A stretch of 64,000 nucleotides of DNA. Source: Anaeramoeba ignava BMAN (lineage: Eukaryota > Protista > Anaeramoebae). The stretch is from contig JAPDFW010000064.1 of NCBI GenBank assembly GCA_028826165.1, positions 1 through 64,000 of the forward strand, in the 5' to 3' direction. The position numbers and the translations under genes were made by a program. The notes under the pieces were generated by a model. The model worked only from the letters and a program-made list of their open reading frames with translations, searched no databases and was not told the DNA's origin. Positions within the stretch are counted from its first letter, which is position 1. Each line of letters begins with the position of its first letter. This document shows positions 1 to 11,859 of this stretch, piece after piece.

Positions 1-340
1 CCTTTAGCCTTTGTCGATGGATCCATCTTTTGCTCTCCTTTGGCCAAGCTTACGATTTTATTCACCTGAGCTCAAGACTTGATCTCTGACTGCTCATCAG
101 ACCCTCAAGCATCCCAGGATCTCAAATCTGCAGTTAAGTTGAGCACCATCCTTTTCTTGGGAATCAACTGCACTCTTGTCCATAACATACCTGTTAACTG
201 TTTTCAAAATGATTTGAATTCTCCATTACTTCAGAAAACCACCAGATCTTTTAACCTTGACTTCCCATAAATTCTTAGTAGATGCTTGGCCTTCTCCTCT
301 TCACTTCTTTTGATGAATTTATTCTGTCAATTTTAACTTG
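1..340 (-). mobile_element. Possible degenerate non-LTR retrotransposon reverse-transcriptase fragment
   Basis: Visibly GC-richer than the rest of the window. The minus strand reads, with stops and frameshifts, W-T-RVQLIPKK-(K)DGAQ..TADLR..GMLE, resembling the 'W..a.v.LIPKK.....DLRPI..L' segment of non-LTR RTs. Truncated by the window edge. Confidence 0.3.
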
Positions 341-749
341 GACTTTTGGACACAAATTTACAAATTAGAAAATTATCGTTCAATTCAACACTGGAACGAA
401 TCACAAATATCAAAATAAAGAAAACTCGTGTGGATGGCTCAACTCTCAACAACTTCACGATGATTTTAAATGAACAGAATATTGTTATTGATCAAGTTAT
501 CCTGAATATATGTTAATTTGGAAAGAAATTGTTTACTTGATTTGTCTTTTTACTGGTAGTTTAGATTTTGATAGTAGAAATACTGAATTTGGTAGAATAA
601 TAATATGTGTAGTAATTATATGGATTATTATTCTTATTTCATATTCACTTATTCAAAAATGGATGATGAAAAATTATGAAGATTAAATACTTTTTATTAC
701 CTTTCTTCTTTTTGATGAATAAAAATCTTTATTTTTCTTTCTTTCTTTT

Positions 750-1876
750 TCCATTTATTTTTCTTTTGAATCAACAATTTTTCTAATTCTGGATCATTAA
801 AAATTTTTAATTATTGGAAATTTGAAGTAAGAACTTCACATTTCTTTGTAAGTTCTTTATTAGATTTTAAACTGTTTGAGATGTTCTTCAAGATCAAAAT
901 ATTTTTCACTATTCTTCTTTTTGAGTTTTGAATTCTTTGAGTTAATTTGTTCAATTTGTTCTTGAAGAAGTAAATTTGAATGAGTAAATAAAGATTTAGC
1001 TTGATTAAGTGCATCAACAATTTTTCTTTTCTAATTTGGGGTTTTTCATGAGAACAGATAAGTGAGTTTAATATAATCAATTTTTCATCAAATTCCATTT
1101 CAGATCATCATTTGGAAAAACAATAATTGATTTTCTAACTTCATGAGTTGGTTTTTCTTCTTTTTATATTTGTTTCAGAATCTGTTTGAGGTGATGATTT
1201 TTTTTTGTTCGATTTTGTGATTCTGTTTCTGTATCAAAGTGTACTTTTTATTTTATCTGAAAACGGTTTAACAAAAATATGTTGCATCAAATCCAAGATC
1301 TTAATGTTGTTACCATTCCTCTTCCTGGAATTAATCTTATTAATCCTTGTATAAATTTTCCACCCCATATTAATAGGTGTTGCCCCAAACCTAATAATAA
1401 ATATTTAATATTTTTGGATAATATTTATTATTTAATATTTTAATATTTATTTAATATCTGAAAAATACATGAACCCAAAAATCTTTTTCCATCTAAATCT
1501 CTACCAACCAATCAAAATCAAAGAAACCTTCAGGAGAACTTTAATAAAAATAATAAAATATAAAATTAAAATTAATCCTAAAACAAAAAGGAATTGCAAA
1601 CTTAAAAGCAGATTGAATAGCTAAAGGAGCTGCTTTTTTTAGTGGGGAAGATTGAAAGCAGGTTGAAAATCTGCACAGAAAGACCATTTTGGACCTTTTG
1701 AACAAATTTGTTTTTGATTTTGCTTTTAAATAATGAAATTGCAGCTGGATTTGCATCAATAAATCAACTTTTTCATCACAAGAACTATTGGTTCATAATA
1801 AGCTTGAATTTTCTTTTATATATTGTTTTGATTGTTTCTTAGTTATTTTTCGCTGATTGATTTCGACTGCTCCCAT
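750..1876 (-). pseudogene. Frameshifted tandem duplicate of the PAS-domain gene at 2083-3774
   Basis: Same exon order and near-identical sequence (MGAVE.., PEGFFDFDW.., MEFDEK..) with many indels. The upstream flank (1877-2020) is also duplicated. Intron 2 is short here. Confidence 0.8.
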
Positions 1877-2082
1877 TATTATTCTTTTTAAATTTATTTT
1901 TGAAATAAAATCAATTAGTTTATTTTTCTGAAAATTTAGTTTTATTGCTTGTAAATTAAAGAAAAGAATGTAAAAATATTCTTTTTGTGAAAGAAAAATG
2001 GAAATTAAATTGGTAAATTTTTGAGATAAGAAAAATTAATTTAGAAATGGCTGGATGAGAATTAGATTTCTATTAAAATAGT

Positions 2083-3774
2083 TCAATTATTAATTAAATT
2101 GTTTGTAATTAATTTAATTGGAATTTTCCATTTATTTTTCTTTTGAATCAACAATTTTTCTAATTCTGGATCATTAAAAAGTTTTCTAATTATTTGGAAA
2201 TTTGAAGTAAGAACTTCACATTTCTTTGTAAGTTCTTTATTAGATTTTAAACTGTTTTGGAGATGTTCTTCAAGATCAAAATATTTTTGTCTGTTTTTCT
2301 TTTCTTGAGTTTGAATTCTTTGAGTTAATTGTTCAATTTGTTCTTGAAGAAGTAAATTTGAACGAGTAAATAAAGATTTAGCTTGATTAAGTGCATCAAC
2401 AATTTTCTTTTCTAATTTAGGGTTTTCATGAGAACGAATAAGTGATTTAATATAATCAACTTTCTCATCAAATTCCATTTCAAGATCATCATTCGGAAAA
2501 ACAATAATTGATTTTCTAACTTCATGAGTTGGTTTTTCTTCTGCTTTTGTACTTGTGTTTGGACTTGATTCTTTTTTTGGATCTGTTTTTGGATCTGTTT
2601 TTGGATCTGATTTGGATTCTTTTTTTATATTTGGATCTGTTTTTGTATTTGTTTCAGAATCTGTTTGAGGTGATGATTTTGTTTGTTCGATTTGTGATTC
2701 TGTTTCTGTATCAAGTGCACTTTTTATTTTATCTGAAAGTGGTTTAACAAAATATGCTGCATCAACTCCAAGATCTAATGTTGTTACCATTCCTCTTCCT
2801 GAAACTGGTCTTGTTAATCCTTGTATAACTAATTTTCCACCCATATTAATAGGTGTTGCCCAAACCTAATAATAAATATTTAATATTTTTGGATAATATT
2901 TATTTTAATATTTAATATTTTTGGATAATATTTAATATTTATTTAATATTTAATATTTATTTAATATTTAATATTTAATATTTATTTAATATTTAATATT
3001 TAATATATAATATATAATATTTAATATTTATTTTAATATTTAATATTTAATATTTAATATTTAATATTTAATATTTAATATTTAATATTTAATATTTTTA
3101 TTTAATATTTAATATTTATTATTTAATATTTAATATTTTAATATTTATTATTTAATATTTAATATTTAATATTTATTTTAATATTTAATATTTATTATTT
3201 AATATTTAATTATTTGATCAGTATTATTTAATATTTATTATTTAATTATTTGATCAGTATTATTTAAATAAGAAAAAGTGATCAAAAATAAACAAAATTA
3301 ATTTGATCAATTAAAAAATTTAAAAATAGATTTAATTGAAAAATAAAGAAAAATACATGAACCCAAAAATCTTTTCCATCTAAATCTCTATGTAACCAAT
3401 CAAAATCAAAGAAACCTTCAGGAGAACTTTAATAAAATAATAAAATATTAAATTAAAACAAAAAAAGGTGAAAAAAAAGGTGAAAAAAAAGGAATTGCAA
3501 ACTTAAAAGCAGATTGAATAGCTAAAGGAGCTGCTCTTGAAGTAGGAAGATTGAAAGCAGGTTGAAAATCTGCTGAAAGACCATTTGGACCTTTTGAACA
3601 AATTTGTTTTTTTGATTTTGCTTTAAATAATGAAATTGCAGCTGGATTTGCATCAATAAAATCAGCTTTTTCATCACCAAGAACTATTGGTTCATAATAA
3701 GCTTGAACTTTCTTTATATATTGTTTTGATTGTTTCTTAGTTATTTTTTTTTTCGCTGATTCGACTGCTCCCAT
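2083..3774 (-). CDS. PAS/PAC-domain protein with C-terminal coiled coil (~374 aa, 3 exons: 3774-3503, 3426-3357, 2865-2083)
   Basis: GT-AG splicing keeps frame and yields FIDANPAAISLF..LSADFQP..FDFDWLHRDLDGKDFWVHVWATPI..KLVIQGLTR, a PAS+PAC fold. Then a KTDP-repeat linker and a heptad-rich tail. The MGAVES start fits N-myristoylation. Confidence 0.85.
2870..3270. repeat. (ATTTAAT)n tract inside PAS gene intron 2
   Basis: Visible tandem 7-mer variants. Confidence 0.9.
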
Positions 3775-4289
3775 TATTATTCTTTTTTAAATTTATTTTT
3801 GAAATAAAATCAATTAGTTTATTTTTGGAAAATTTAGTTTTATTACTTTGTAAATTAAAGAAAAGAATGTAAAAATATTCTTTTGTGAAAGAAAAATGGA
3901 AATTAAATTGGTAAATTTTTAAAAAGTTTAATTTAAAAATGCGATCACAATTAATTTTTAATTAATTTTTAATTAATTTTTATTTAATTTTTATTTAATT
4001 TTTATTTAATTAATTTTATTTAATTTTTGGATGAGTTGTTCTTATATTTTTAAACAAAAGTTATTTAAAAAAAAAAATTTTTTTTCTTCTTCTTTTTTGT
4101 TGTTTAGATTTAATTTTAAAAAATAAAATTTAATTAAAAAATTATCTTTTTTTTGATCTTAAAAAGAAAAAAAAATAGGGTATAAAAAAAGGGGAATTTA
4201 AAAAATGAAATAAATAGCAAAAAAGAGATTTAATTTAAAAAGAAAAAGGAGAATAATAATGATTTTAATTTAATTAGATCTCTAATTAA

Positions 4290-5480
4290 AAATTAAATAT
4301 TGAATATTAAATATTGAATTGAATATTGAATTGAATATTAAATATTGAATTGAATATTGAATATTAAATATTGAATATTGAATTGAATATTGAATATTAA
4401 ATATTGAATTGAATATTAAATATTGAATTGAATATTGAATATTAAATATTAAATATTAAATATTGAATATTGAATTGAATTGAATTATTGGAATTGAATA
4501 TTGAATATTGAATTGAATATTGAATATTAAATATTGAATTGAATATTGAATTGAATATTAAATGAATATTGAAACAAATAATATTAAATATTGAATATTG
4601 AATATTGAACGAAATTGAATGTGGTGAATATTGAATGAATATTAAAAATTGAATATTGGTGAAATTGAATATTCAAATATTAAATATTGAATCGAAATGA
4701 ATATTGAATTAAATTAAATATTGAATTAAATTGGTAAATATTGGAATTTCATGAATCGAATATTAAACGAATTAAATCAAATATTAAATATGGAATCAAA
4801 TATTGAATTGAATATTAAAATATGAATCAAAATGAATGAATTGAAATTGAATTAAATATTGAATATTGAATATATGAATGAATATTGGGTGAATATTGAA
4901 ATGAATATTAAATGACGGAATTGAATATTAAACATTGAATTAAATATTAAATTTGAATATTAAATATTGAATTGAATATTAAAATTGAATTGAATGAATA
5001 TTAAATATTGAATTGAATTGAATATTGAATATTGAATAATCAAAATATTAAATATTGAATATTGAATTCAAATATTGAATATTAAAATATTAAATATTAA
5101 ATATTAAAATATTAAATATTGAATTGAATATTTAATATTGAATATTGAATATTGAATATTGAATATTGAATATTGAATATTGAATATTAATAAATATTGA
5201 ATATTGAATTGAATATTGAATATTGAATATTAAATATTAAATATTGAATATTAAATATTGAATTGAATATTAAATATTGAATATTGAATTGAATATTGAA
5301 TTAAATATTGAATTGAATTAAATATTGAATTAAATATTAAATATTGAATTGAATATTAAATATTGAATTGAATATTGAATATTGAATATTGAATTGAATA
5401 TTAAATATTGATTTGAATATTAAATATTGATTTGAATATTGAATTGAATTGAATTGAATTGAATTAAATATTGAATTGAG
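4290..5480. repeat. (ATTGAAT/ATTAAAT/ATTGA)n satellite, degenerate in the middle
   Basis: Visible ~1.2 kb intergenic tandem array. Confidence 0.9.
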
Positions 5481-5547
5481 TTTTTAAAAATAAAAAATTA
5501 AAATAAAATTTTTCATTTTTTTCATTTTTTTCATTTTTTTTATATTG

Positions 5548-6732
5548 ATGGCTGATAAACAATTCGAAGAAAATCTCATTTTCAAAAACATTCTCTCTCA
5601 TGGATTAGGAGTATCAAGCAAACACACAGGAAAATCCATAACAATTCATGATTTACATCAATTACCAATCGGAGAAACATTTATAACAACAACAGGAAAT
5701 GTAATTGAAAGAATCTCCGAAAATCAAGGAGTTTTAAACGAAACAAAGATATTTGAGTTTGGAATCGGAATCAACAAAAAAAGTAACGAAAACATAGGCG
5801 AGGATTCTATTAAAAAAAGCATGGGAAAAGCTCAGCAAGAAGAAGAAAAATTATCCAAGTTGGCTTGCACATTGCAGTCGAAATTCCTCGAAGAGAAATA
5901 TCTTCCAATAATTGATATCGATGAATTTTTATATCCAGAAATCAACGAAGAAAACTGGCTTTATTCCCCAAATCAAAGCTTATTACTAGAAAGAAGGACA
6001 GTAAAAGAAAATTTTGATCCACATTCTCAAAACAGACATGACCGCATGAAAACTCCTCATACTTCACATTCAAGAAGCAACAGCGCGCGGAGAAAAAGCG
6101 TAAAGAAGGATAAAAAAGAAAGAATTGCTGTTGCAAAGATGAAGGATATCTTAGTCCAAGAGAGATTGGACTCAACTTTTTCTTCAATCCCAATTGTAAC
6201 GCCAATGAAAGTTTCTGAACAAATTCAAAATGAAAATTCAAGTACAATTTTCTCGAAAAATCAGGATGATTTCCTAAAAATTCAAGAGAAGAAAATTCGT
6301 CCATCCAAAATTATGAATCCCCCTATTTTTGAACAATTTGCAAACCCAAAATCTGATTTAATTTTGGAAAAATCTCAAGAAAATAAAAAAAATTCACAAT
6401 CTTTTGAATTGGCAAATCAAACTTCAAATATTTTGACTAGTTCAAATGTCCAAAAACAAATGAATCCAAATCCTTCTGCAAAACCTAGTCTTGCAATGCC
6501 AATAAAACCTCCAACTGACGGAGAAATCAAAAATGCTCTTGAGTATTCAAACCGTTTGATTCTCATGTCAAGACAAATGAGACAAAAAGAAGAACCTGCA
6601 AAAAGTGAATCTGTTGGTGAATCAAATAAATCAAGTCTTTATCCTAAAAAAATAACAAAAACTCCAATTTCTTCTAAAAGAACAACTCCTTCTCATTCAA
6701 GAAGATCAAGTTTTTCAAAAGAAAGAAAATGA
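5548..6732 (+). CDS. Hypothetical protein (~394 aa), Ser/Lys-rich and probably disordered C-terminal part
   Basis: Long ORF with coding-like composition. ATG at 5548 is preceded by TTTCATTTT repeats. No recognisable domain. Confidence 0.7.
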   Translation: MADKQFEENLIFKNILSHGLGVSSKHTGKSITIHDLHQLPIGETFITTTGNVIERISENQGVLNETKIFEFGIGINKKSNENIGEDSIKKSMGKAQQEEEKLSKLACTLQSKFLEEKYLPIIDIDEFLYPEINEENWLYSPNQSLLLERRTVKENFDPHSQNRHDRMKTPHTSHSRSNSARRKSVKKDKKERIAVAKMKDILVQERLDSTFSSIPIVTPMKVSEQIQNENSSTIFSKNQDDFLKIQEKKIRPSKIMNPPIFEQFANPKSDLILEKSQENKKNSQSFELANQTSNILTSSNVQKQMNPNPSAKPSLAMPIKPPTDGEIKNALEYSNRLILMSRQMRQKEEPAKSESVGESNKSSLYPKKITKTPISSKRTTPSHSRRSSFSKERK

Positions 6733-7065
6733 GAATTTTGATTTTTTGATTTTTTTTTTTGATGAATGAAAAATTTATTAAAAAATTTAATTGAAAAATT
6801 TAATTGAAAAATTTAATTCAAACAAAACCCCAAAATCAAATAAGAATTCTGAGTTGTTTTTTATTACAAAAAGAATTAAAAAAAAAATAAATTGCAAACA
6901 TATGTTGAGTCATTAAAAAATTTGATCAATAAATAAAATGTAAATAAAATGTAAATAAAATATAAATAAGATAAGGGTTTTTTTTTTAAAGAATAAAATT
7001 GAGAAAAAAATCGAATTTAAAAGAAAAATAATAATAAAAAATATTTTTTTTCATTTTCTCTTAAC

Positions 7066-9229
7066 ATGCAAGTTGTTAATTGTTTAAAAGGAATTGAAAA
7101 TTCAATTACTTCTTTTTAGTAAATAAATAATAAACAATAAATTTTTTGATATTTTTTTCTATTTATAAAACTAATCTCTTTTTATTTTTTATTAACTTAG
7201 TTACGGAAAAACTCAATTAGAAATTGGTCTTGGTGCAATAAACAAGTATCCAGAAATTGTGAAGAAAGAAAAACCAAAAGTAATGGGACTTGTAACTGGA
7301 AAGGTAAAAACAAAAACAAAAACCAAAATAAAAACCAAAATAAACTCAATAAACCAAACAAAAAAAAAATTTTTTTTTGCTTTTTTTCTTTTTTGATTTT
7401 TAGTCTTCTTATAAATTAAATGGAGCTTGGGATGTTGTTAAGAAAGCATTAGATGACGAAGGAATTAAATTAGTTCATTACGATAAAATTACAACAAATC
7501 CTCTTTCTTCGACAATAGATGAATGCACAAAATTATTTTTAGATAATAAAGTAGATTATGTTACAGCAATTGGGGGTATAAATTAAAATAAATAAATAAA
7601 CAACAAAAATTCATTTTTTTTTTTAAATTGAACTAATGAAAAAAATTTTTTTTGCTTTATTTTTTTATTTTTTTTTATTTTAAAATATAAAGGTGGATCA
7701 CCAATCGATGCAGCAAAATTAGTTACAATTTTAATGAAATATCCAGGAAAAATTGCTTATGATGTTCTTCATTTAACTTTTGAAACAAAAGAAGCAGTTC
7801 CATTGATTACAATCAACACAACAGCAGGAACAGGAACTGAAGTTAACCGATTCTTTGTTGTGACAATTGATAACAAAGGACCAGTTCTCAAACCAGTTGT
7901 TGGTTCAATTGCTGCTTATCCAACTTATTCTATTGATGATCCTAATTTGTTGATGTCTTCTCCTCCAAAAATGACTATTTATACTGCGGTTGATTCTTTG
8001 AATCATGTTTTCGAAGCTGCAACAACTAAAATTAGAAATCCTTTCTCTTTGATTCTTGGAAAAGAAGTTGTTGAAATGGTTGCTCATTTCCTTCCTATTG
8101 CTAATAAAGATCCAAAGAATGGTGAAGCTCGTTATTATTTACATTATGCCTCGGCATTAGCAGGATGTGCTTTTGATTCTGCATTATTACATCTTACTCA
8201 TTCATTGGTAAATTAAACCAATCTAAATTAAATCAAATTAAATTAATATTCAATTCAAATCAAATCTAATTTAATTAAATTAAATCAAATCAAATCAAAT
8301 TTAAATCAATATTTAAATTTAAATTAAATCAAATTAAATCAAATTAAATCAAATCAAATCAAATCAATTCAAATTAAATCAAATCAAATTAAATTAAATT
8401 AAATTAAATTAAATTAAATCAATATTTAAATTAAATCAATATTTAAATCAAATTAAATTAAATTAAATTAAATTAAATCAATATTTAAATTAAATTAAAT
8501 TCAATATTTAAATTAAAATCAAATTAAATCAAATCAATATTCAAATTAAATCAATATTTAAATTAAAATCAAATTAAATCAATATTTAAATTTAAATCAA
8601 TATTTAAATTAAATTCAAATTTAAATCAATATTTAAATTAAATTAAATCAAATCAAATTTAAATCAATATTTAAATTAAATTAAATTAAATCAATATTTA
8701 AATTAAATCAATATTTAAATCAAATCAAATCAAATTAATATTCAAATTAAAATCAAATAAATTAAATCGAATCAAATTTAAATTAAATTAAAATCAAATT
8801 AATTCAAATTTAATTAAATTCATTTCTTTTTGGTTTAAATAGGAACATCCAATGGCTGCTAAGATTTGGAATTTACCACATGGACAAGGTCTTGGAATCC
8901 TTCAACCTTCAGTTATTAAAGTTGTTTATCCAGTTCTTCCAAAGATTTGTGCTTTGATTTTGGGTCCAATAATTCCAGATCTTAAAGGAGATCCTTCTGA
9001 AGCTACAATGGTTGCTGAAAAGTATGAAGAATGGCTTGCTGAAAATGGTCTTCCTGAAAAAATGGGAGATGTTGGATTTAAAGAAGAAGATATTGATGAA
9101 TTAGTTAAAAATGCAAGAGAAACTCCTGTTATTTCCAATGTTTTACTTCCAGTTTCACCAGTTGAAGCAACAGATGAATTACTCAAAGGAATTTATCTTG
9201 AATCAATGAAACCACTTCGAAAGAAGTAA
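7066..9229 (+). CDS. Iron-containing (type III) alcohol dehydrogenase, 5 exons (~7066-7118, 7201-7303, 7404-7575, 7692-8207, 8843-9229)
   Basis: Spliced product contains VTGKSSYKLNGAWDVV, AIGGGSPIDAAK, INTTAGTGTEV, D-S-L-N-H, LHLTHSLEHP and PHG motifs of Fe-ADH. Confidence 0.92.
8212..8820. repeat. (AAATT/AAATC)n tract filling Fe-ADH intron 4
   Basis: Visible 5-mer array between GTAAAT (8208) and TAG (8842). Confidence 0.9.
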
Positions 9230-9431
9230 AAAGGAATTTCTTCTTAATTTCTTTTTCAAATTTCTTCTCAATTTCTTCTTAATTTCTTTTTTAAATTTCT
9301 TTTTCAAATTTCTTTTTTAAATTTCTTTTTTAAATTTCTTCTTTAAATTTCTTTTCCGTTTTCAAAGATTTCAATTAATTAAAAAAACAAACACAAAGTC
9401 AACATTTTTTTTCCATTTTTTTTAATTTAGT

Positions 9432-10390
9432 TTATTTATTCAATTTTTTTAATCCTTTTTCTTTAATTCCTTTTTTAATTTTTTTAATTTGTTCTTTTTT
9501 ATTTGAAATTAAATATTCTAATTCTAAATTATCTTCTAAATATTCTTTAATTAATTGACTTAAAGTAATATTTTCTGCTTTTAAATTTTCATTTTCTTCT
9601 TTTATTAAATTAATTTTGTTTATTAATTCTTTTATTTGTTTTGAAATTGAATTATTATTATTATTATTGTTTAGATCAATATTTTTATTCTATTTTTAAA
9701 TTTTATTTATTAATTAAAAAAAAAAAAGTGGAATTGAAAATTAAGATTAAAATTTTAAAGAAGAATTATTTTGTTTTTTTAAATAGAAAATTTAATTAAA
9801 TATTACATTTTTGATTTGATTATTTTTTGATCCATTTTTTAAATTATTTTTTAAATTATTTTTATTTTTTTTATGAGATTTTGATTGAGGTTTTAATAAA
9901 TCATTTGAATTTCTTTCTTTTGCTTTAATCTTTTTTAACTAAAATTAAATAAAAATAAATTAATAATTCCAAAATAAAAAGAGGAATAAGAAGAATAATA
10001 ATAAGAAAAAAGCAAAAAAAATAAATTTCTTTTCTTTTTTTCTTAATAAACTTTAAAAAGAATAAATATCGAAATTTATTTATTTTAAAAAGAAAAAAAA
10101 AATTTTTTTTTTCCATTCTTTTTTCTTTTTAAAAAATAAAAAATAAAAATAAAAAATAATTTAAATAAAAATAAGGGAATAAAAATAAAAAACAATAATA
10201 AATTAAATTTTAATTTAAATTAAAATATAAAAAAATAACAAACTTTGCGATAATTATGCAATCTACATTTATTACAAATTCTATTAGAAGAACCATAAAT
10301 TGAAGATAATTCTAAAACAAGTCTAAAAGGTTTGGGTCGAGAAAATTTATCAAGTTCAAATCCACAACAACAACATTTATTTTCATTCAT
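9432..10390 (-). CDS. Small Cys-rich (CCCCG...ICNKC) + coiled-coil protein, 3 exons (~10390-10244, 9938-9807, 9689-9432)
   Basis: Not in the ORF track. MNENKCCCCGFELDK...SNRICNKCRLHNYRK is followed by GT, and in-frame AG-bounded exons encode heptad-like IKELINKINLIKEENENLKAEN. Paralog at 52926-53408. Confidence 0.65.
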
Positions 10391-11161
10391 TTAAAAAAGA
10401 AAGAAAAGAAAAAGAAAAAAAGTAATTTTCTTTTTATTTAATTTTTTTGATCGTTTTTTTTTTTCTTTTTTAAACAATAAAAAAAATAATTTTTAATTTA
10501 TAATATTTTTTAAAAAAAAAGAGTTGAGTCATAAATTTAATTTCTTTTTTAAATCTTTTATTTAATTTTATTTAAATAATCATTTCAAAAATTTTTTTTA
10601 ATTTTTTTTTAATTTTGATCGAAAAAATTTTTTTTAAAAAAGAAAATTAAATTTTAAAATAAAAAATGATTTAAAATTAGAATTAAAGTTTAAATTATTT
10701 AGATTTAGATTTAGATTATTTTTTTTCCGATTTCAATTTTTTTTCAATTATAATTTAAAAGTTAAAAAAAGTAAATTTAATTTCAAAATAATTCAAATAA
10801 AAATTTCACTTTTTCCTTTTTTTTTTGTTCCACATTTTTTTTTTAAAGATTTAAATATTTTTTTTTTTGGAATTAAATATTTTGAAAGAATTAAATTAAA
10901 AATTAATTTTTTAATTAAAAATAAATTTATTTTTTGAATAAAAAAATATTTAAAAAAATATCAAAAATAAAAAGAGAAATTAATAAATATAAGAATAATA
11001 AAACTAATCAAAAACATTTCTTATATAAATTTTTATTCAGTAATATTATTTTATTCCTAATTCATTTTAGAAATTTAATGAGAGAAAAATTTCAAACAAT
11101 TTTTTATTTTTTTCATTTTTCAATTATTCTTTTTTTTTTTTAAAAAATTTAAAATAAAAAA

Positions 11162-11698
11162 ATGATGAATAAAAAAGATGAAAAAAATGAATCAACAAAT
11201 AAAGAAGTGGAATCAATATTAACGAATCAATTACCAGAAAAACAAAATCAAGAAGATGATTTAAAAAGAAAACACAATAAAACACCAGAAATTACACCCG
11301 TTAAAAATTTACAACCTCCGCAAAAGAAGTAGTACAAGAGAATTAAAAATCACATCAAAAATACAAAAAAAAAGAATAAGAAAAATATGTCGGAAGAAAA
11401 AAAGAAAAAGAAACTAAATCTTTTGTTGATCAAGATTTAATTTCTAGAAAATTAAATTTTACTTCTAAAAATGGAGATATTGAAAAATAAAGTGGATGAA
11501 ATTGAATCGGAAAAATTGATGATAAAGAAAAGTTTTAATAAAGAGGATGAATATATTTCTGATGAGCAAGAGTCTTCTGATGAAGTTGATAAGAAGACAC
11601 CTAATAAAAATGAATCCAAAAAATCAAAACAAAGATCAAAAAAAAAGAAAAGAGATAAAAAAAGAAAAGAAATTAAAAAGAAAAAATCAAATTTATGA
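11162..11698 (+). other. Possible small Lys/Glu-rich gene or pseudogene, interrupted
   Basis: MMNKKDEKNE..PPQKK* followed by a second ORF (11471-11698) of similar composition. No clear splice joining them. Confidence 0.35.
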
Positions 11699-11859
11699 TT
11701 AATTTAACTATGTTTGGCACATGAAATATGTTTTTGTTTCATCCATTCATAACTAAAAATTGATATTCTTTTAAGTTTTTAAATGAAAAAAACTTTTAAA
11801 AACAAAATTAAAAAAAAAATTAAAAAAAAAATTAAAAAAAAAAAAGCAAAAAAAGGGAG

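Noticed and set aside
1-340. A minus-strand frame interrupted only by TGA, suggesting TGA recoding
   Set aside because: TGA terminates clear genes (6732, 53625, 58458) and Trp is TGG in conserved motifs; decay with frameshifts explains it better.
4500-5100. Hidden information in the irregular core of the ATTGAAT satellite
   Set aside because: No ORF or structure; looks like noisy consensus or decay.
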